From Eledone cirrhosa (taxonomy: Eukaryota), in assembly GCA_964016885.1 (NCBI GenBank), contig OZ024740.1, forward strand, positions 358,360,001-358,424,000: a DNA stretch of 64,000 nucleotides, given 5' to 3'. The translations under genes and the position numbers were made by a program. Below, in pieces: positions 27,951 through 42,656 of the stretch (its first letter is position 1; the number at the start of each line of letters is the position of its first letter). The notes below the pieces were generated by a model, which saw nothing but the letters and a program-made list of their open reading frames with translations, was not told where the DNA came from and made no database searches.

Positions 27951-28215
27951 CCACAAATTATACGAGGGCAGCACTTGTGTTACACATCTAGATGATTTAT
28001 GTGTACGATACGGTATCGAGGTCTCAGATTCTACAAAAGGGTGGTGAGAGCAACGGCTTTGTATTAATAGATTTTGATGTTGTTTTCGTACAGAGACGAT
28101 GACAGAGTTCACCAAATTAGTAATTGATACACAATCTTGTAATCATTGGATGTATTTGAGTTATCTTTGCTGTCCAAGTAGGCAAATCAATTAACATATA
28201 TGAGATTCTCCACTT

Positions 28216-28331
<116 letters not shown>

Positions 28332-28800
28332 GGTCATTCATGAGCGGTATTGGTCTGGTTCGTCGGTGACTAAACAGGCAATACTACCAAGCATGCTTGG
28401 GGAGGAAGGTAATTTTTTGACGCCCAGTGGGATGAAAAACAAAACCCGTCAAAAAGTGGGTGAACTCATGGGAGTCAACGGTCTTTCAATAAACCCTGTA
28501 TTCACCTTTGACAGACCACCTGGCGGTGCGTTACTTCGTTAGCTGGTGTAGTACCAGAGAGGTTAAACTTTGTGACAATAAAACATGAGTATTGTTAATC
28601 AAGAAGTCGCGTGGCACTTATGTGCACATACGTGCATACAGGAGTACATACATATATACATACACACACACACACACATACATACACACACACACATACA
28701 CGTACATACACACATAAAGACATGCATGCATAAATACATGCATGCATAAACATATACATACATGCATACATGCATACATGCATACATACATACATACATG

Positions 28801-28832
<32 letters not shown>

Positions 28833-29499
28833 CATACATGATAGCTGCCCCCTCGTTATCGAGTATGGCGATTGCACGATATAACATTATTAATAATTAT
28901 TAATTAATTCTATCGTGAAATGCCTGTGAAGTGAAGATATCTTTTAAAGTGAGCAAAGACTGTGCACTGAGCCAATCCCACTCTCTGAGCGAAAAGAAGA
29001 AAAGATCAACATCATCGGTAACTACTGAGCCGCAGCTTTTATATCGGAGTTATCCCAGTTTCCTGAGTTGCCTTCTCCTAGAAGAATGCCCTGACAAAGA
29101 CTAGGGGTCCTTCATTCCCAGTGGTTTAACCGTGCGATCGGGTGTCCAGACCGACTATTTCTATGTCCCCGCGCATATACATACACACATGCACCCATGT
29201 ATATACACATTTATATATATTTATATATATATATATTTATATATACATATTTATATATACATATTTACACACTTTTGGATGGCCGTTGACTCTTATGAGT
29301 TCTTCCGACCTTTGTCAGGTTTTGTTTTTTGTCCTGCAGGGTGTCCAAAATCCCCCTCCTGAGCAAGTAAACTTGGTGGGGTTGCCGGTATAGTCGCCGA
29401 CGATCCGACCATGCGACAGGTTGTACTGGGTTACATGTTACCAGTAGCACTCAAGAGTGACCCGACATAAATATATACATACATACATACATAATACAC

Positions 29500-30954
29500 T
29501 GCGTGCCTCAATCTGTTCCTGCAAGACCATTGTGCCATCAACAACATTATAACACCTGAGTATACTGGGGAAAAGAAGGAAGTGTGGGGCTGTATAGAAC
29601 AGCTACTAATTAACAAAATGATCCAGAAAAGATTAAAGGATTGCTGGAACTTGACTGTAGTTTGGCTAGACCGCCAGGCGACCTGGGTGGATTATCAAAG
29701 CTTTACAACTAGCCAAAATCACACAACTATAGCCGCTTTAGAACGTCTGACCAAGACTTCGTACAACACTTTGCTCCCTAGGGATGATAAGGATAAAAGT
29801 GAACCTGATAGCATACACTACCGAAAAGGCATCTTTCAATGTCATAGCTTGTAAGTGCTGCTCTTCTTCCTCTCATATCTGCTCACAAAACAGTGGCCAT
29901 AGAAATGGACCAAGAATTATTTCGCATCTTTTCTTTGTCGATTGCATGAAATTGTATCGACCACATAAAAGAAACGCAATTGAACCGCATTATTTAATTT
30001 TCTACAGATATTGCATTGAAATATGATGAGTCCAAAAGTACATTTTTGACAACAAAAGTTGAAAAAGTTGTGCCCACCTTTGAAGACCTAAACATGAACG
30101 GTTTGACGATACAAACTCTCTAGTCAGGTTACAAATATAGGTAACTTGGACAGAATTAGAATGTCAGATATATGGGGAGGACCAGGAATGAGTACATCAG
30201 TAAAGCGAATATGGTCATCAGAACTCTCAGCATATAAGCATATTACCCACAATATTTTGCTGCACCCTTCCTAAGGCCAACATTTGGCCTGCTAAATAGG
30301 TCATTGCAAGGACTGAGCGAAATGGATGTAAGGACTCGCAAGCTGCTCAGTGTTACTGGAATCTTTACCATCAATGGTGATACGGATAGAATATATTTGT
30401 CAGGCAAGGAGTTCGTCGGAGACTAAATCTATATTAACATCATACGAGACTCGGATGGGCATGACAATTATAATTATTTCCGATTTAGGCACAAGGCCAC
30501 TGATCGAGGGGAGACACATGAAATAAAATTTGACACCATCTCTCTCTCAGGAACATTGGTAGACTCTATTCAATGATCGAACAAAATAAAAAAAAATGAA
30601 CCAATTCACTGAAAAGGTTCTACATGGAAACTTGAGTCGAAAAACACAGACCATCAAGCGGAAAAAACCATGGAGTTCCGATAAGTTCATAATATCCCAC
30701 CTTGAAGCATCCCACAAACAAAATATCTCCACTAAATACCTACTGCACAAAAGAAGAAAATATTCAGTTGAAAATAAAAGGTGGCTGTACAAAACGATGA
30801 GGGAAGACGTTAATCACATTATTGTTAATTGTGAAAGAATATCTTCTCGTTACTACCTCCCAATGAGGCATGACATGTTAGCTAGAACGATCTGGAATGC
30901 ATTACGGAAGACTAAAATAAAAACTGAAAATCAAATCAAATATCTGAATGTACA

Positions 30955-30955
<1 letters not shown>
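29500..30955 (+). mobile_element. Decayed R4/Dong-clade non-LTR retrotransposon
   Basis: GCIEQLLINK, YRKGIFQ, SHLFFVD.MKLY and EDVNHIIVNC...RHD motifs across frameshifts. Confidence 0.7.
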
Positions 30956-31007
<52 letters not shown>

Positions 31008-31008
<1 letters not shown>

Positions 31009-31390
31009 TAATAAAAGGAATTCCAACTTTGTCTGATTTACTCGTTTTATTTACAATCCTTTAAAATTTATAATGGTATTAGAATGAAATAGTATGGTAG
31101 AATATTAAATGTTAAGTCTTAATTGAACAAGTACTTTCATGCTTTCGCAATCTTCAGGTTCATATTGTGTGGTGTCAGTCAAGTTTGCAATTTTCAACTG
31201 TCGAAAATTGAAAACTTGACTGTCACCACACAGTATGAACCTGACGATTGCGAAAGCATGAAAGTACTTGTTCAATTAAGACTTAACATTTAATATTCTA
31301 CCATACTATTTCATTCTAATACCATTATAAATTTTAAAGGATTGTAAATAAAACGAGTAAATCAGACAAAGTTGGAATTCTTTTTATTAA
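31008..31390. repeat. Near-perfect foldback of about 190-bp arms from a PLE 3' end, with a hammerhead in each arm
   Basis: 31008-31196 is the reverse complement of about 31203-31390. Confidence 0.9.
31236..31274 (+). ncRNA. Minimal hammerhead ribozyme (minus copy at 31124-31162)
   Basis: UGAAC-CUGACGA-uUGC(GAAA)GCAu-GAAA-G(ua)C-UU/GUUCA. Confidence 0.75.
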
Positions 31391-31425
31391 TATAATCTTC
31401 TATACACAATCATACTCACCCGTGT

Positions 31426-31535
<110 letters not shown>

Positions 31536-31795
31536 GCATATACTGTCATGCCCCCCCCCCCCCCCCAACACGCATATATAAGGCGCGTGGCCGAGTGGTT
31601 AGAGAATTGGATTCGCAATCGTGAGGTTGTGAGTTCGATTCCTGGACCTGGCGATGTGTTATGTCCTTGAGCAAGACACTTTATTTCACGTTGCTCTTTC
31701 TATCTGGAGTTGCGACCGATAGATAGTACTAGCAACTGGAAAGACCAACGGAAACATTGTTTCTTCGGTCCGATTTGACGAAAGTCGATCGACTG

Positions 31796-31829
<34 letters not shown>

Positions 31830-32134
31830 AAAAGAGTCAGGACCCCGACGGCTGAGCTCCGGCCAATTCGACAGCTAGTTCTGAACGTTATCGTCCACCT
31901 GGTTCCTTACCACACTCCCTTCGTTTTATATATATATATATATATATATATAAACAATGAGTTATTTGGTTTGTTGATTATTCAACAAAGTTAATTTTAC
32001 AACAGATTAGAAGCACTCAACAGTTGGAGTATCATATAATATTAATAAATGGAAAATATATTTATATAATGAAATAAATATGGTTTTATAAAGATATTTT
32101 CCATTTATTAATATTATTGTTATATATATATATA

Positions 32135-32136
<2 letters not shown>

Positions 32137-32177
<41 letters not shown>

Positions 32178-33720
32178 GTTCTTTGAGTCTCAGTCATTGA
32201 TGTTAGTTAACTGGAAAGTTTGTTGAAATGAATATCAAGCCACTACCTGCAGCCTCAGATATTCAGGACGTATCGGAGGGTTCTTGCTGTTCCCAGCAAG
32301 CATGCCTTTTGAAGTGTTCCAAAAAGCGGGGCGGGGCCAATTTTCTTTAACCATCCCTGGAAACTCTTTAAGATAGTACCTAGTGTGCCTATGACAATCG
32401 GGACCACTTTGACTTTATGGCAGTTCCAAATCCTTTTTACCTCCCACTTTAAGTCCTGGTATCGGTTAATTTTCTCCCTCTCCTTCTCTTGTACTCTCGT
32501 GTCGAATGGGCAGGCCACATCCACAATCAGACACGATCTTTTTTCCTTGTCCCAAACCACCAGGTCAGGTCTATTGTGTTCCAGTTTCTTGTCAGTCTGT
32601 ATCCTAAAATCCCACAGCACCTTCACCTGATCGTTTTCTATCACCGACTCTGGCTTATGTTCATACCACTTCTCAGAATGTGGTAAATTGTTTACTTTGC
32701 ATAGGTGCCATCACATCATGTCTCCAGCCTTTATATTGAGTCTGGGCTAGGTGTTTACACTCGGATACAATGTGAGCCACAGTCTCCTCTCTCTCTCCAC
32801 AGATCCAGCACAGTGGGCTAGCCTCCTCTTTGTAAATACGGTGTTTCAGCCACTTCGTTTTGAGGGCCTGCTCTTGCGCAGCCATTAGCATTCCTTCTGT
32901 AGCCTTTTTATGGTCTCCTTTTTTCAACCAGTTCCATGTCTGTGGATCTCTGAATTCAGTTTTCTCAAAGAAGGTACTATAAAGGGATTTTTCATGAAGG
33001 CTGCTCTTTCTCCTTCTTATTTCCTCCTTGGAAATCCCCTAGTCTATTGTCCTCTCCTTCAGTACAATTCTGAGCATTGGCTCCTTACTATCAGTCACGT
33101 ATTTGTGTAGGTTGTTTTTCTCCATCTGAACACAGTCCTCTATGCTGATAAGACCTCTTACACCTTCAGATCTCCTTAAGCAGAGTCTATTGACATCACT
33201 CCTCTTGTGGAACATGTTGTAGATAGTCAATAGCTTCCTAGTCTTCCTATCCATTTCTTTTTGTTCAGCAACATTCCATCTCAGAATTCCCGCACTGTAC
33301 CTAATAATAGACACAGCTCGGAAATTTACTGCACTTATGGCATTCCTACTGTTCAGATGTGACTTTAATACGCTCCTTATTCTCCGAATGTATTCAGATC
33401 TTATCAATTCCTTCATTTTTTTGTTCTGGATGTCATCAGCCTCCAGAGCACCCAAATACTTGTATCCTTCTTCAGTGTCAATTTCCTTTATCATCTCACC
33501 TTTTGGTACCTGGATTCTGTTGCTTCTGCTCAATTTACCCCTCTTCATCACAAGGACTCCACACTTACTAATACCAAATTGCATACATATATCATTGCTG
33601 AAAATATGGACAGTGTCAACAAGCACATCCAACTCCTTCTCACTCTTCCCGAAGAGCTTAAGATCGTCCATGCAGAGGAGGTGATTGCCAACGTTCACAC
33701 AGAAAGATGAATTTGTCACC
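32137..33720 (-). mobile_element. 5'-truncated R4/Dong-clade non-LTR retrotransposon (RT, CCHC finger, restriction-like endonuclease) with a (TAA)n tail
   Basis: HLLCMDDLKLF, YKYLG, CWICGEREETVAHIVSEC and NRPDLVVWDK...IVDVACPFD...KINRYQDL. Split into three frames; ends in (AAT)n at 32137-32177. Confidence 0.9.
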
Positions 33721-34157
33721 TCGTGCGCCGCTAGTCAAACGTGGTAAGCGTGTATTGAATAGAAATAACAGTCCAACACACACAACTTAATAAGCTCAAC
33801 TTGTGAGGGAGCAGAAATATATATGAAAATTAGAGTTAAAACTCAATTGGAACCCTGTAACTATTAAGCTCAAAGTATAAATACTGAGCCGATATATATA
33901 GTAAGAAACACAGTAAACCGTGTGTCTAAAATTACAAGGGTTGAAAAACCACATTTGTTTGAAATATTTAACCAAGAAGCAGACAGAATGATAAAATATA
34001 CAAACCGCCTCAATAACCATTATATCTCTCGGACAGATTATCCCTATATATATATATATATATATGTATGTAAATGGTAAACAGAAATAACAACACAATC
34101 GGTACAGTATATGGAAGGTATATATTATGTTAACGCTTGATAAAGCAGGAAGAGGGC

Positions 34158-34191
34158 CTTAACGTTTCGGAAGCTAGTCCTTCATCAGAAG
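34158..34191 (-). ncRNA. Minimal PLE-type hammerhead
   Basis: CUU-CUGAUGA-a-GGA(cuagcu)UCC-GAAA-CG-UU/AAG, with a palindromic ACGU stem III. Confidence 0.7.
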
Positions 34192-34285
34192 AAAGAATGA
34201 GAAATAAAATAGATTAAGGGTACGAGTGGGATGGAATTGGAAAAAATGTCTTTAGATAAAAATAATAGGTCCATTCATGTTGACA

Positions 34286-34362
<77 letters not shown>

Positions 34363-34463
34363 GAAAAGTATAGAAATTATTGTGAGCAAGAAGCCAACAG
34401 TATTCCATAATATATATATAATATATATATATAATATATATATATAGTATATATATATAATAT

Positions 34464-34513
<50 letters not shown>

Positions 34514-34548
34514 GGTGTTAAAGTTTGCTTGAAGCATTGTGAAATGTG

Positions 34549-35042
34549 TAAAATACGTAGTTAAGAAAGCCACAACAATGCAGAGGGAAATCTGGAGGTA
34601 GGAAGTGAAAGATAGATAGGAAAAACAGGTGAAAGTGAAAATTGAGAGAGACAAAGATGAAAACAAAACAAAGGTAGAAGGGTTACCGTAGTGGAGATTT
34701 AATCCCAATATTTCGGGCTCACGCCCATCAACGGGGGAAAGTTCCAAAAGGGGGGGGGGAACAGGCCAAGCGGAGAAAGTTGTGATGTCGTTCCTGTCTT
34801 AACGACATCACAACTTTCTCCGCTTGGCCTGTTCCCCCCCTTTTGGAACTTTCCCCCGTTGATGGGCGTGAGCCCGAAATATTGGGATTAAATCTCCACT
34901 ACGGTAACCCTTCTACCTTTGTTTTGTTTTCATCTTTGTCTCTCTCAATTTTCACTTTCACCTGTTTTTCCTATCTATCTTTCACTTCCTACCTCGAGAT
35001 TTCCCTCTGCATTGTTGTGGCTTTCTTAACTACGTATTTTAT
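34549..35042. repeat. Foldback inverted repeat (about 240-bp arms, 8-nt spacer) with a degenerate hammerhead in each arm
   Basis: Arms meet at 34792/34801. UCCC-CCGUUGA-u-GGGC(GUGA)GCCC-GAAA-UA-UU/GGGA lies at 34852-34887 (+) and 34703-34738 (-). Confidence 0.85.
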
Positions 35043-35044
35043 AT

Positions 35045-35149
<105 letters not shown>

Positions 35150-35249
35150 GAATCATTTGATAAATTAACCACATAAAAAATCATTTAAACGAGGCTATAA
35201 GTTTAAAATGTACTTATGAAGAAATAATAGAAAAATGATACAGATTATT

Positions 35250-35665
35250 TTCCGCGATGTACAGCCATATGACACTTATCTAATTATTTCTTCTAGCCTG
35301 TAGAAATTGACTAGACAAATAGTTAACTACACGGAATTACCTACAAAATAGAAGATTGAAGAAAAAATGCACATAAATTTTACCAGACTTCTCATAGTCT
35401 CTACCACCGGTGGTTTTTTTCCACCTTTTGGATATACCCGGTCTTGGAACTCATCAGGAGATACCCCAGACTGGACTAAGGTTTTTATACCATGATCCCC
35501 ACCAGAAATGAATTCAAAATGGTTAAGAACCATCACGTGGCCAGTGGTCAAGGCAGAAAGTTTGTGATTGGTGCCTGTCGGCGAGTAGGTTGGTTGCTAG
35601 AAAGCGCAGCCGAATACTGCCTAAAGTTTTACTCAAACCTACGGGAGTATATATTAAATTCAAAG
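35250..35665 (-). mobile_element. Penelope-like 3' end with a degenerate hammerhead at 35390-35461
   Basis: DG-LN-like ORF end, then UCUC-CUGAUGA-long stem II-GAGAC..GAGA (GAAA box altered). Confidence 0.45.
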
Positions 35666-35666
35666 A

Positions 35667-35733
<67 letters not shown>

Positions 35734-37474
35734 ATTAGACAGTCACAGATACATATATGAGTTTGGAAAACATTCACGGTGTGGCTCAATGAAGTATTAA
35801 TTAAATAATTATTAATCAGAGCTATATATAAAAATGTAAGTCCAAAGAATCATTAGATAAAATATATACAGTATTTCCTCTCCCAATCGGTATAATATAT
35901 ATATGTATATATGAATATGTCGGCGAACTAGTAGAATTATTAGAACCTTGGAAAGAATGTTTTGCGGTATTTGCTCCAGTTCTCATTTCAAATCCCACTG
36001 TCAATTTTCCTTTCATCCTGTCCAGGTCGATCCAGCTTAGTACTGGAAACAATTTTTCCTTTATATCTCTTTCTCACATCCTCTCTATCAATCGTTTTCT
36101 CCTTCCCTGGGAAATCTGCTTTGGTGAAGCCTAGAGAGGAGATGGGTACCGCCAGGTTTAAAATGCATAAGAAACGTCGTATCTCAATAAGGTCCTCCCA
36201 TGACTCTTCTAGGAGTTATGGATCACTTTAAAAATACATATATGAATATGTGTGTATGTGTATTTATGTTAATTTTCATATGGATATTCAATAAGGCAGA
36301 TATTTATGTTAATTTTCATATGGATATTCAATAAGGCACCGAATTAATATTAATAACCGAATTCATCTCCTGCCACACACACCCATTCCAAGAATTGTCA
36401 TTGTTAGCTTCTGTTGGAATCCGACCTATTTTCTTCCCTCCACACACTTGCTTCTAGCCATACAGTATTTTTTAAACTATCATTTTTATGATTACCTTAT
36501 CTCTGACCAACAACATGAGTTTTCTGTTTTATATTGGATGCTAATTTCGTTAACTACTATAAGTATTTTACTTTTTCTTTTTGTTTTATTTAAACATCTA
36601 TCTAATCAACTTTATTCTCAACAGCCATAAATAGAGTATAATTTTTTGTAAAATTCACACAGGAAAATGCACACACAACCATGTATTCTACACACAACCC
36701 AATGCCCCCACACCCATGTACACACGCACACATTCGCACCCACACACCCCACACACAAACCAGAACTAAATTCTATCTTACATTTCTAAGCTCAGACACA
36801 CTCACTATTCTAATAGTTATTACTTTTCAAATCAATATCAATAGACTTTCGTCGGTTTAGACGATGAGTTGTCTAGTTATTCGACAAGCCGAACAGTCTA
36901 CTCATGAAGTGGCTCAGCATTTCACAGAAGGGTTTACTTTTAAAGAAATGCTCAGGGAGATTCAGTGTGGCAAACTGTGTGATAAGGATGGTTCTTTTAG
37001 TTACAGGTACAATCCATCTGATGGGCTTTCAAACAGTTTCCGTTTACTCAATTTCATTTACAAGGCATAGATTGACTCAAGGTTATGGTAAATACACAAG
37101 ACGAACCCGAACCCTCTTTATTTTGAGCTTACCAACTCCTATTTATTTCTTACTTCAACTATTCTATTTCTTTTCCTTCTGATAGCTTAAAATACTTTGT
37201 TTTGACCAACAACATATCGCTTTCTGTTACGTTTTTTTATGTTCTTAAGTCTGACTGAAATTTTAAAGCCATTCGAGGCATAATATATTTCTTTTCTTTC
37301 TTTTTTTTATAGTTTCCTTTAAAATAATTTCTATCCAAACTTCGACTTTCCTCCCACCCATAAACTGGATATCATATTCCATATAACAATCACACATAAG
37401 CACCATCCACGCACATACATAAACACGTACACACATATCCCGAATTGATGAACTTCCCACTTCTCTCTCTCTCC

Positions 37475-37513
<39 letters not shown>

Positions 37514-37552
37514 TAAAGAAAATTTCGCTCTACATGGCTGAATACAATAAAT

Positions 37553-38145
<593 letters not shown>

Positions 38146-39977
38146 ATACATATAAGTATGATGGACAGACGGAGAAACAACTCTTCTTTTATAATATAGA
38201 TTTTGACGGAAATGACTCGCAATAATGCACATGCACTCTGCAACCGACACACACATGTGCACTACACACACGCACATATATATGGACACCAAACATTTTC
38301 CCATGATCTCCAAAATTTGACCTTACCCCTCATAATTCAAAAACAACATAGTATTACTCTTAGCCCCTTTAAGCATTTCTAAATTCAGGCTTTCGACTTA
38401 TATTCTGTTATCTAGTGACTGGTCAAACTCTTTGTCACATCAGTCTTACGTGTTTTCGAAAACATTAATAGTCTTTTGATATTTCATTAAACTATTTCGT
38501 ATGAAATAAAAGCGAGACCTTTTGCCTAACTGAAAATAAAATAAAATTGATACAATCAATTAAGGAAAGGAGAAAATACTCGATACGTATCAGCAACGAA
38601 GCATTCTCTAATCTGATTGCCAATAGATTACGCATGAACAGTGTATTGCAAAACAAAAATAAATATGTGAGTATTGATGTATCTTTATATTTTCTTTTCT
38701 AAATTTATTCTTACAAATATATCAATTATGATATGGCATTTCAACGTTGTTAGTTTTATCTTCTAAGACTTCTCTAACCAAAAGTAGACACATTTGCTTC
38801 GTTTATTCCAACCAATAATCTATATCTATAAAAGTCGTATTTTTGCTGCTCTGTGACTTGTTGTCTCCATCAGAGATAAAGTATATTTTAGAGATATATT
38901 AAGCAAGAAAAATAATAATAAATAAAATAAAATAAATAATAAATAACAGCTTTCTCTAAAACTTTTATATGGCAGTTGTTGATTCAGAAAGAAAAATGAA
39001 ATTATTTCGACGTTCAACTTAATTAGATTTTAAAAATGTATAACAATGTATAAGTTCTAATTGTTTCTACTTTTAGCACATGGCCAGCAACTATGCCAGT
39101 ACATTACTGGTACTTTATTTTATCGACCCCGTAAGGATGAAAGCCAAAGTTAACCTCGGCGGGATTTATAATGTCAACAATTTAGCAGCGGGTTTCGTGG
39201 TGGGGGTAAACAATCTAGATTGTAGTTATTTCATCTATTTGGTTGTTTAATATTAGCTCAGCTCTGCTAAGGCAAACCTATCATCAAATGCATTTCATCA
39301 AATGCATTTCATCCATTCAGGTATTTAGGACAATATAATTTGATACATCCCTCTTTCTGGTGAGGTGGCAGGATGTGATTTGATAGAGATTTATCTGCTA
39401 TTTCCTGCAGCAGCTTGAATGATCCTTTTGGTTCCGCTAGATTCTAATTATTTAATCTAGTGTTCTTTCTAAGAATTTCCCATATTTTCGTATATGAGGA
39501 GCCCCATTGTTTAATATGTCTTATTTTTAAATCAGAAGGAGGATTTAAGCAAGCTTTGGCTGCTATTTCGAGCAGGACAAGCGACTGTGCAGAGGATCTT
39601 TCTCTGGTTCCTTAGATTGTTTGTACAAAGATGTTTGGAAAACTGATATCATTCAGAAATTAAAGATTCAGAAACATTATAAAAACACAAAAAAACAAAT
39701 AAACATACAAATACCAAAACAATTAGAATATCTAAAACACAAACAAAAGGAAATATTTAAGGAGAGAGATTTTAAGTTATTGTAACCTCAGTACTTACAT
39801 GTAATGAGGGAGTTATTATGCAGTCACTCGACCTGCATAGAAAAGCAGCCTAATTCCGTCATACCTTAGAAAACTGCCGTTTTGAAAAAATGAACACACC
39901 TTTTCTTATTTGTTTTTCTTTGCTTGTTTCCTTAAAGCTTATCATCATTCTGTTAGTATACATCTATTACGCAATTT

Positions 39978-40035
39978 ACACCTGATGAGGTCACCGGGAT
40001 TTTAGGCAAACTGGCCACTGAAATGTGCATAGTGT
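39978..40035 (+). ncRNA. Type I hammerhead ribozyme at a PLE-like 3' end
   Basis: ACAC-CUGAUGA-interrupted stem II-GAAA-UG(ug)CA-UA/GUGU, followed by AATAAA and then (TA)n. Confidence 0.65.
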
Positions 40036-40096
40036 TTACAGTAATAAAAAATTAAGGAAATTCGACATATTTGGCCTCCTGTCATTTCTCTTTCTG

Positions 40097-40146
<50 letters not shown>

Positions 40147-40419
40147 AGAGTTAAACAAGGTTCAATGAATACATCAAAGAATGAGTTTTACAATCGATTG
40201 GAAGCACTCAACAGATAATGTTTTCCAGAGTTATTAATATTAATTCAAAATATTAACAAAATATTTATAACTTTGATTCAGATCTTTATTTATCTGTTTT
40301 AAGTATATAGTTTGGATATTTAACTTGTAAATTTACTGATTATAATTTGAACTGTGGATCATTCATGCGTTTGCATATTTTATATATATATATATATATT
40401 TTACTCATTTTGAGTATGT

Positions 40420-42140
40420 TTTGGGGGACTCAGGAAGTTAGATTTGCACTTGTTTTTTTTTATGTATATCTAGGTATAAATTTAACAAACCATAATAGCT
40501 GACAAATATTGGTATATTTCTCCACTGAACTGGAGGTAAAACTACAATTATAGCATTACTAACAATGATTATAATTATTATTTTTTATTAAATGTATACC
40601 GTTTCATTAATACCTATAATTATATCTATATATAGTTGTATAAATATCTTTATCTAGTGTAATAACATAATCATAGTTACATTTATAAATAATTTAGACA
40701 CTCAAATGACTTTATATTGTTATAAGTGTTTGGTATTCCCTGGAAGGTCGAACTTATATAATAATTTACTTAATATAATATAAAATAATATAATATAATT
40801 TAATTTAACTTATTTTGTTTTATTTTATTTTAATTAAATTTAGATTACCTTCAGCTTTTTCAAATATTCAGCGCTTCTTTATATCACATTTGCTAAAATA
40901 TTTTAGAGATATCTTTTCTTTACTTTATTAAAACCCTATTGCATTTATTTCTAATTTTGGGCATCTTTAAATTTCATAAATAATTCATTTTCTTTTATTT
41001 GTATATTTATTTTGTATCTGGCCCCTATCACTGTGACTCATATAGTTTTTTAAACTTATATCTTTATAGTATATATCAACTAAATGAAAATAATTGATAT
41101 AAAACATTGGTTCTTTAACAATGTTTTTAACTATATATATTGTTGAGCATTATCTTCAGGAAATTATTTACTATTGTAATATGATAATATATTATTTATA
41201 TTTGAAAGGTATCACCTCAACTATGAACAAATAATAAACTATAATCTTGGTATTTTATGATCAATACATATATATATAGTTGAAAATTCTGACTTCTTTA
41301 AGTTTAATTATAAGGCCGGTTGATACTTTAGGTACTCAAACTATTTAACAATAAATTCTTTAATAATTATAACTATAATTATCTTATAAATTATATTATA
41401 GAAACTGTTGTCAATATTATAAGTAATTTTGGTAAAGATTACCTTCGTGAGGATATAAAACATTATATATATATATTTTCTTTCTCGGGTTTCGTAAATC
41501 CTTTAAATTTGTTTTCATAAAATTTGAATTTTAGAAATTTAACATAATTATATTATAATATTAATACAAATACCTCTTAACTTTTAAAACCTAAAATATG
41601 ATTCTTTACCCTGAAATAACATAAATTAAATATTTTGAAAATTAACCGCCAACTATATTATATAGAAATCTGTGTGTATAGAAACGTGAACATAAATTAC
41701 TCCCCTTTGTCTCTCTCTCTCTTTAATCATCTTTCATCTGTCTTCTCAAGCCACATACTAAATATATTATCACATCAGCTGTTTCTTCCTCTATGCTTTC
41801 TTTTCCCTCCTCTTTCTCTAGTAGTTTTTAAAAATTAAAAATGTTTTAACTCTTATATTGATGCCATGTATTTCTTAAAACCTATTACACGCACCCTCTC
41901 TATTGTTTGTATTACGTTATCTCATGTTCTCAATATTAGGGTATAAATATTGAGTTTTGTCATAAGTTAATCACTACCTTGATTGAATCTTAACCATCTA
42001 CCATGTCAGGCTATGTCATGTATCATTTTATTTTATCTGATGAGGACGTAATGTTGAACTTAACTCAGTACCTCTGAAATATGTATAATAAAATATAACT
42101 GATCACAAGAATATCTATTTTGTTAATATTTTGAATTAAT
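40420..42140 (+). mobile_element. Very AT-decayed Penelope-like element ending in a hammerhead
   Basis: An extremely AT-rich body with faint RT-like traces, a pyrimidine-rich UTR, a hammerhead at 42029 and then (TA)n. Confidence 0.4.
42029..42095 (+). ncRNA. Type I hammerhead ribozyme
   Basis: UAUUUUAU-CUGAUGA-GGA...UCU-GAAA-UA(ug)UA-UA/AUAAAAUA, with an 8-bp stem I. Confidence 0.7.
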
Positions 42141-42608
42141 ATTATATATATATATATATATTTGTTTTGCGAGTTTTTTTAATATGAAATCGTGTGTCGA
42201 AACAAATATTGTTATACTTGGGGAGGGTCATATTGTTGTAATAATATTGCCAGAAATAATAACAGAACACATTCACTGTTTGGTTGGTTTTCGCTTCTGT
42301 ATCTTTTATATCTCCACAGTTAATTCATTTGGTCCTCAATGTTTATCATTGACTGACCAACGGTCAAAAATACAGATATAATATAGATATAAACACATAT
42401 ATATAGTCTAACAAAGTTCTTTCGTTGCACATCTTCAATATCATCAGTGGTACTCCTGTTGTATGTCTACTCTATTTATTGTATGTCTACGCTTTTCTAA
42501 AATAGCGTAGACATACAATACAACCGCTCTGTATAATCAGTTCCTGATTATTACTGGAATTCTATAAGAATCCAACATTTATAATTTTCAACAGACAAAG
42601 GTGAATGC

Positions 42609-42656
42609 TAAGCTCTGATGAATACCAACAGTATGAAACAGAGATCTGTCAGCTTA
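42609..42656 (+). ncRNA. Canonical type I hammerhead ribozyme with a long stem III
   Basis: UAAGCU-CUGAUGA-AUAC(caaca)GUAU-GAAA-CAGA(ga)UCUG-UC/AGCUUA; distal stem I ACAGACAAAGG (42591) pairs with CCUUUGUUUGU (42661). Confidence 0.88.

Noticed and set aside
32255-33719. Host protein-coding gene or active retrotransposon
   Set aside because: 5'-truncated, split into three frames, and the catalytic motif reads CMDD.
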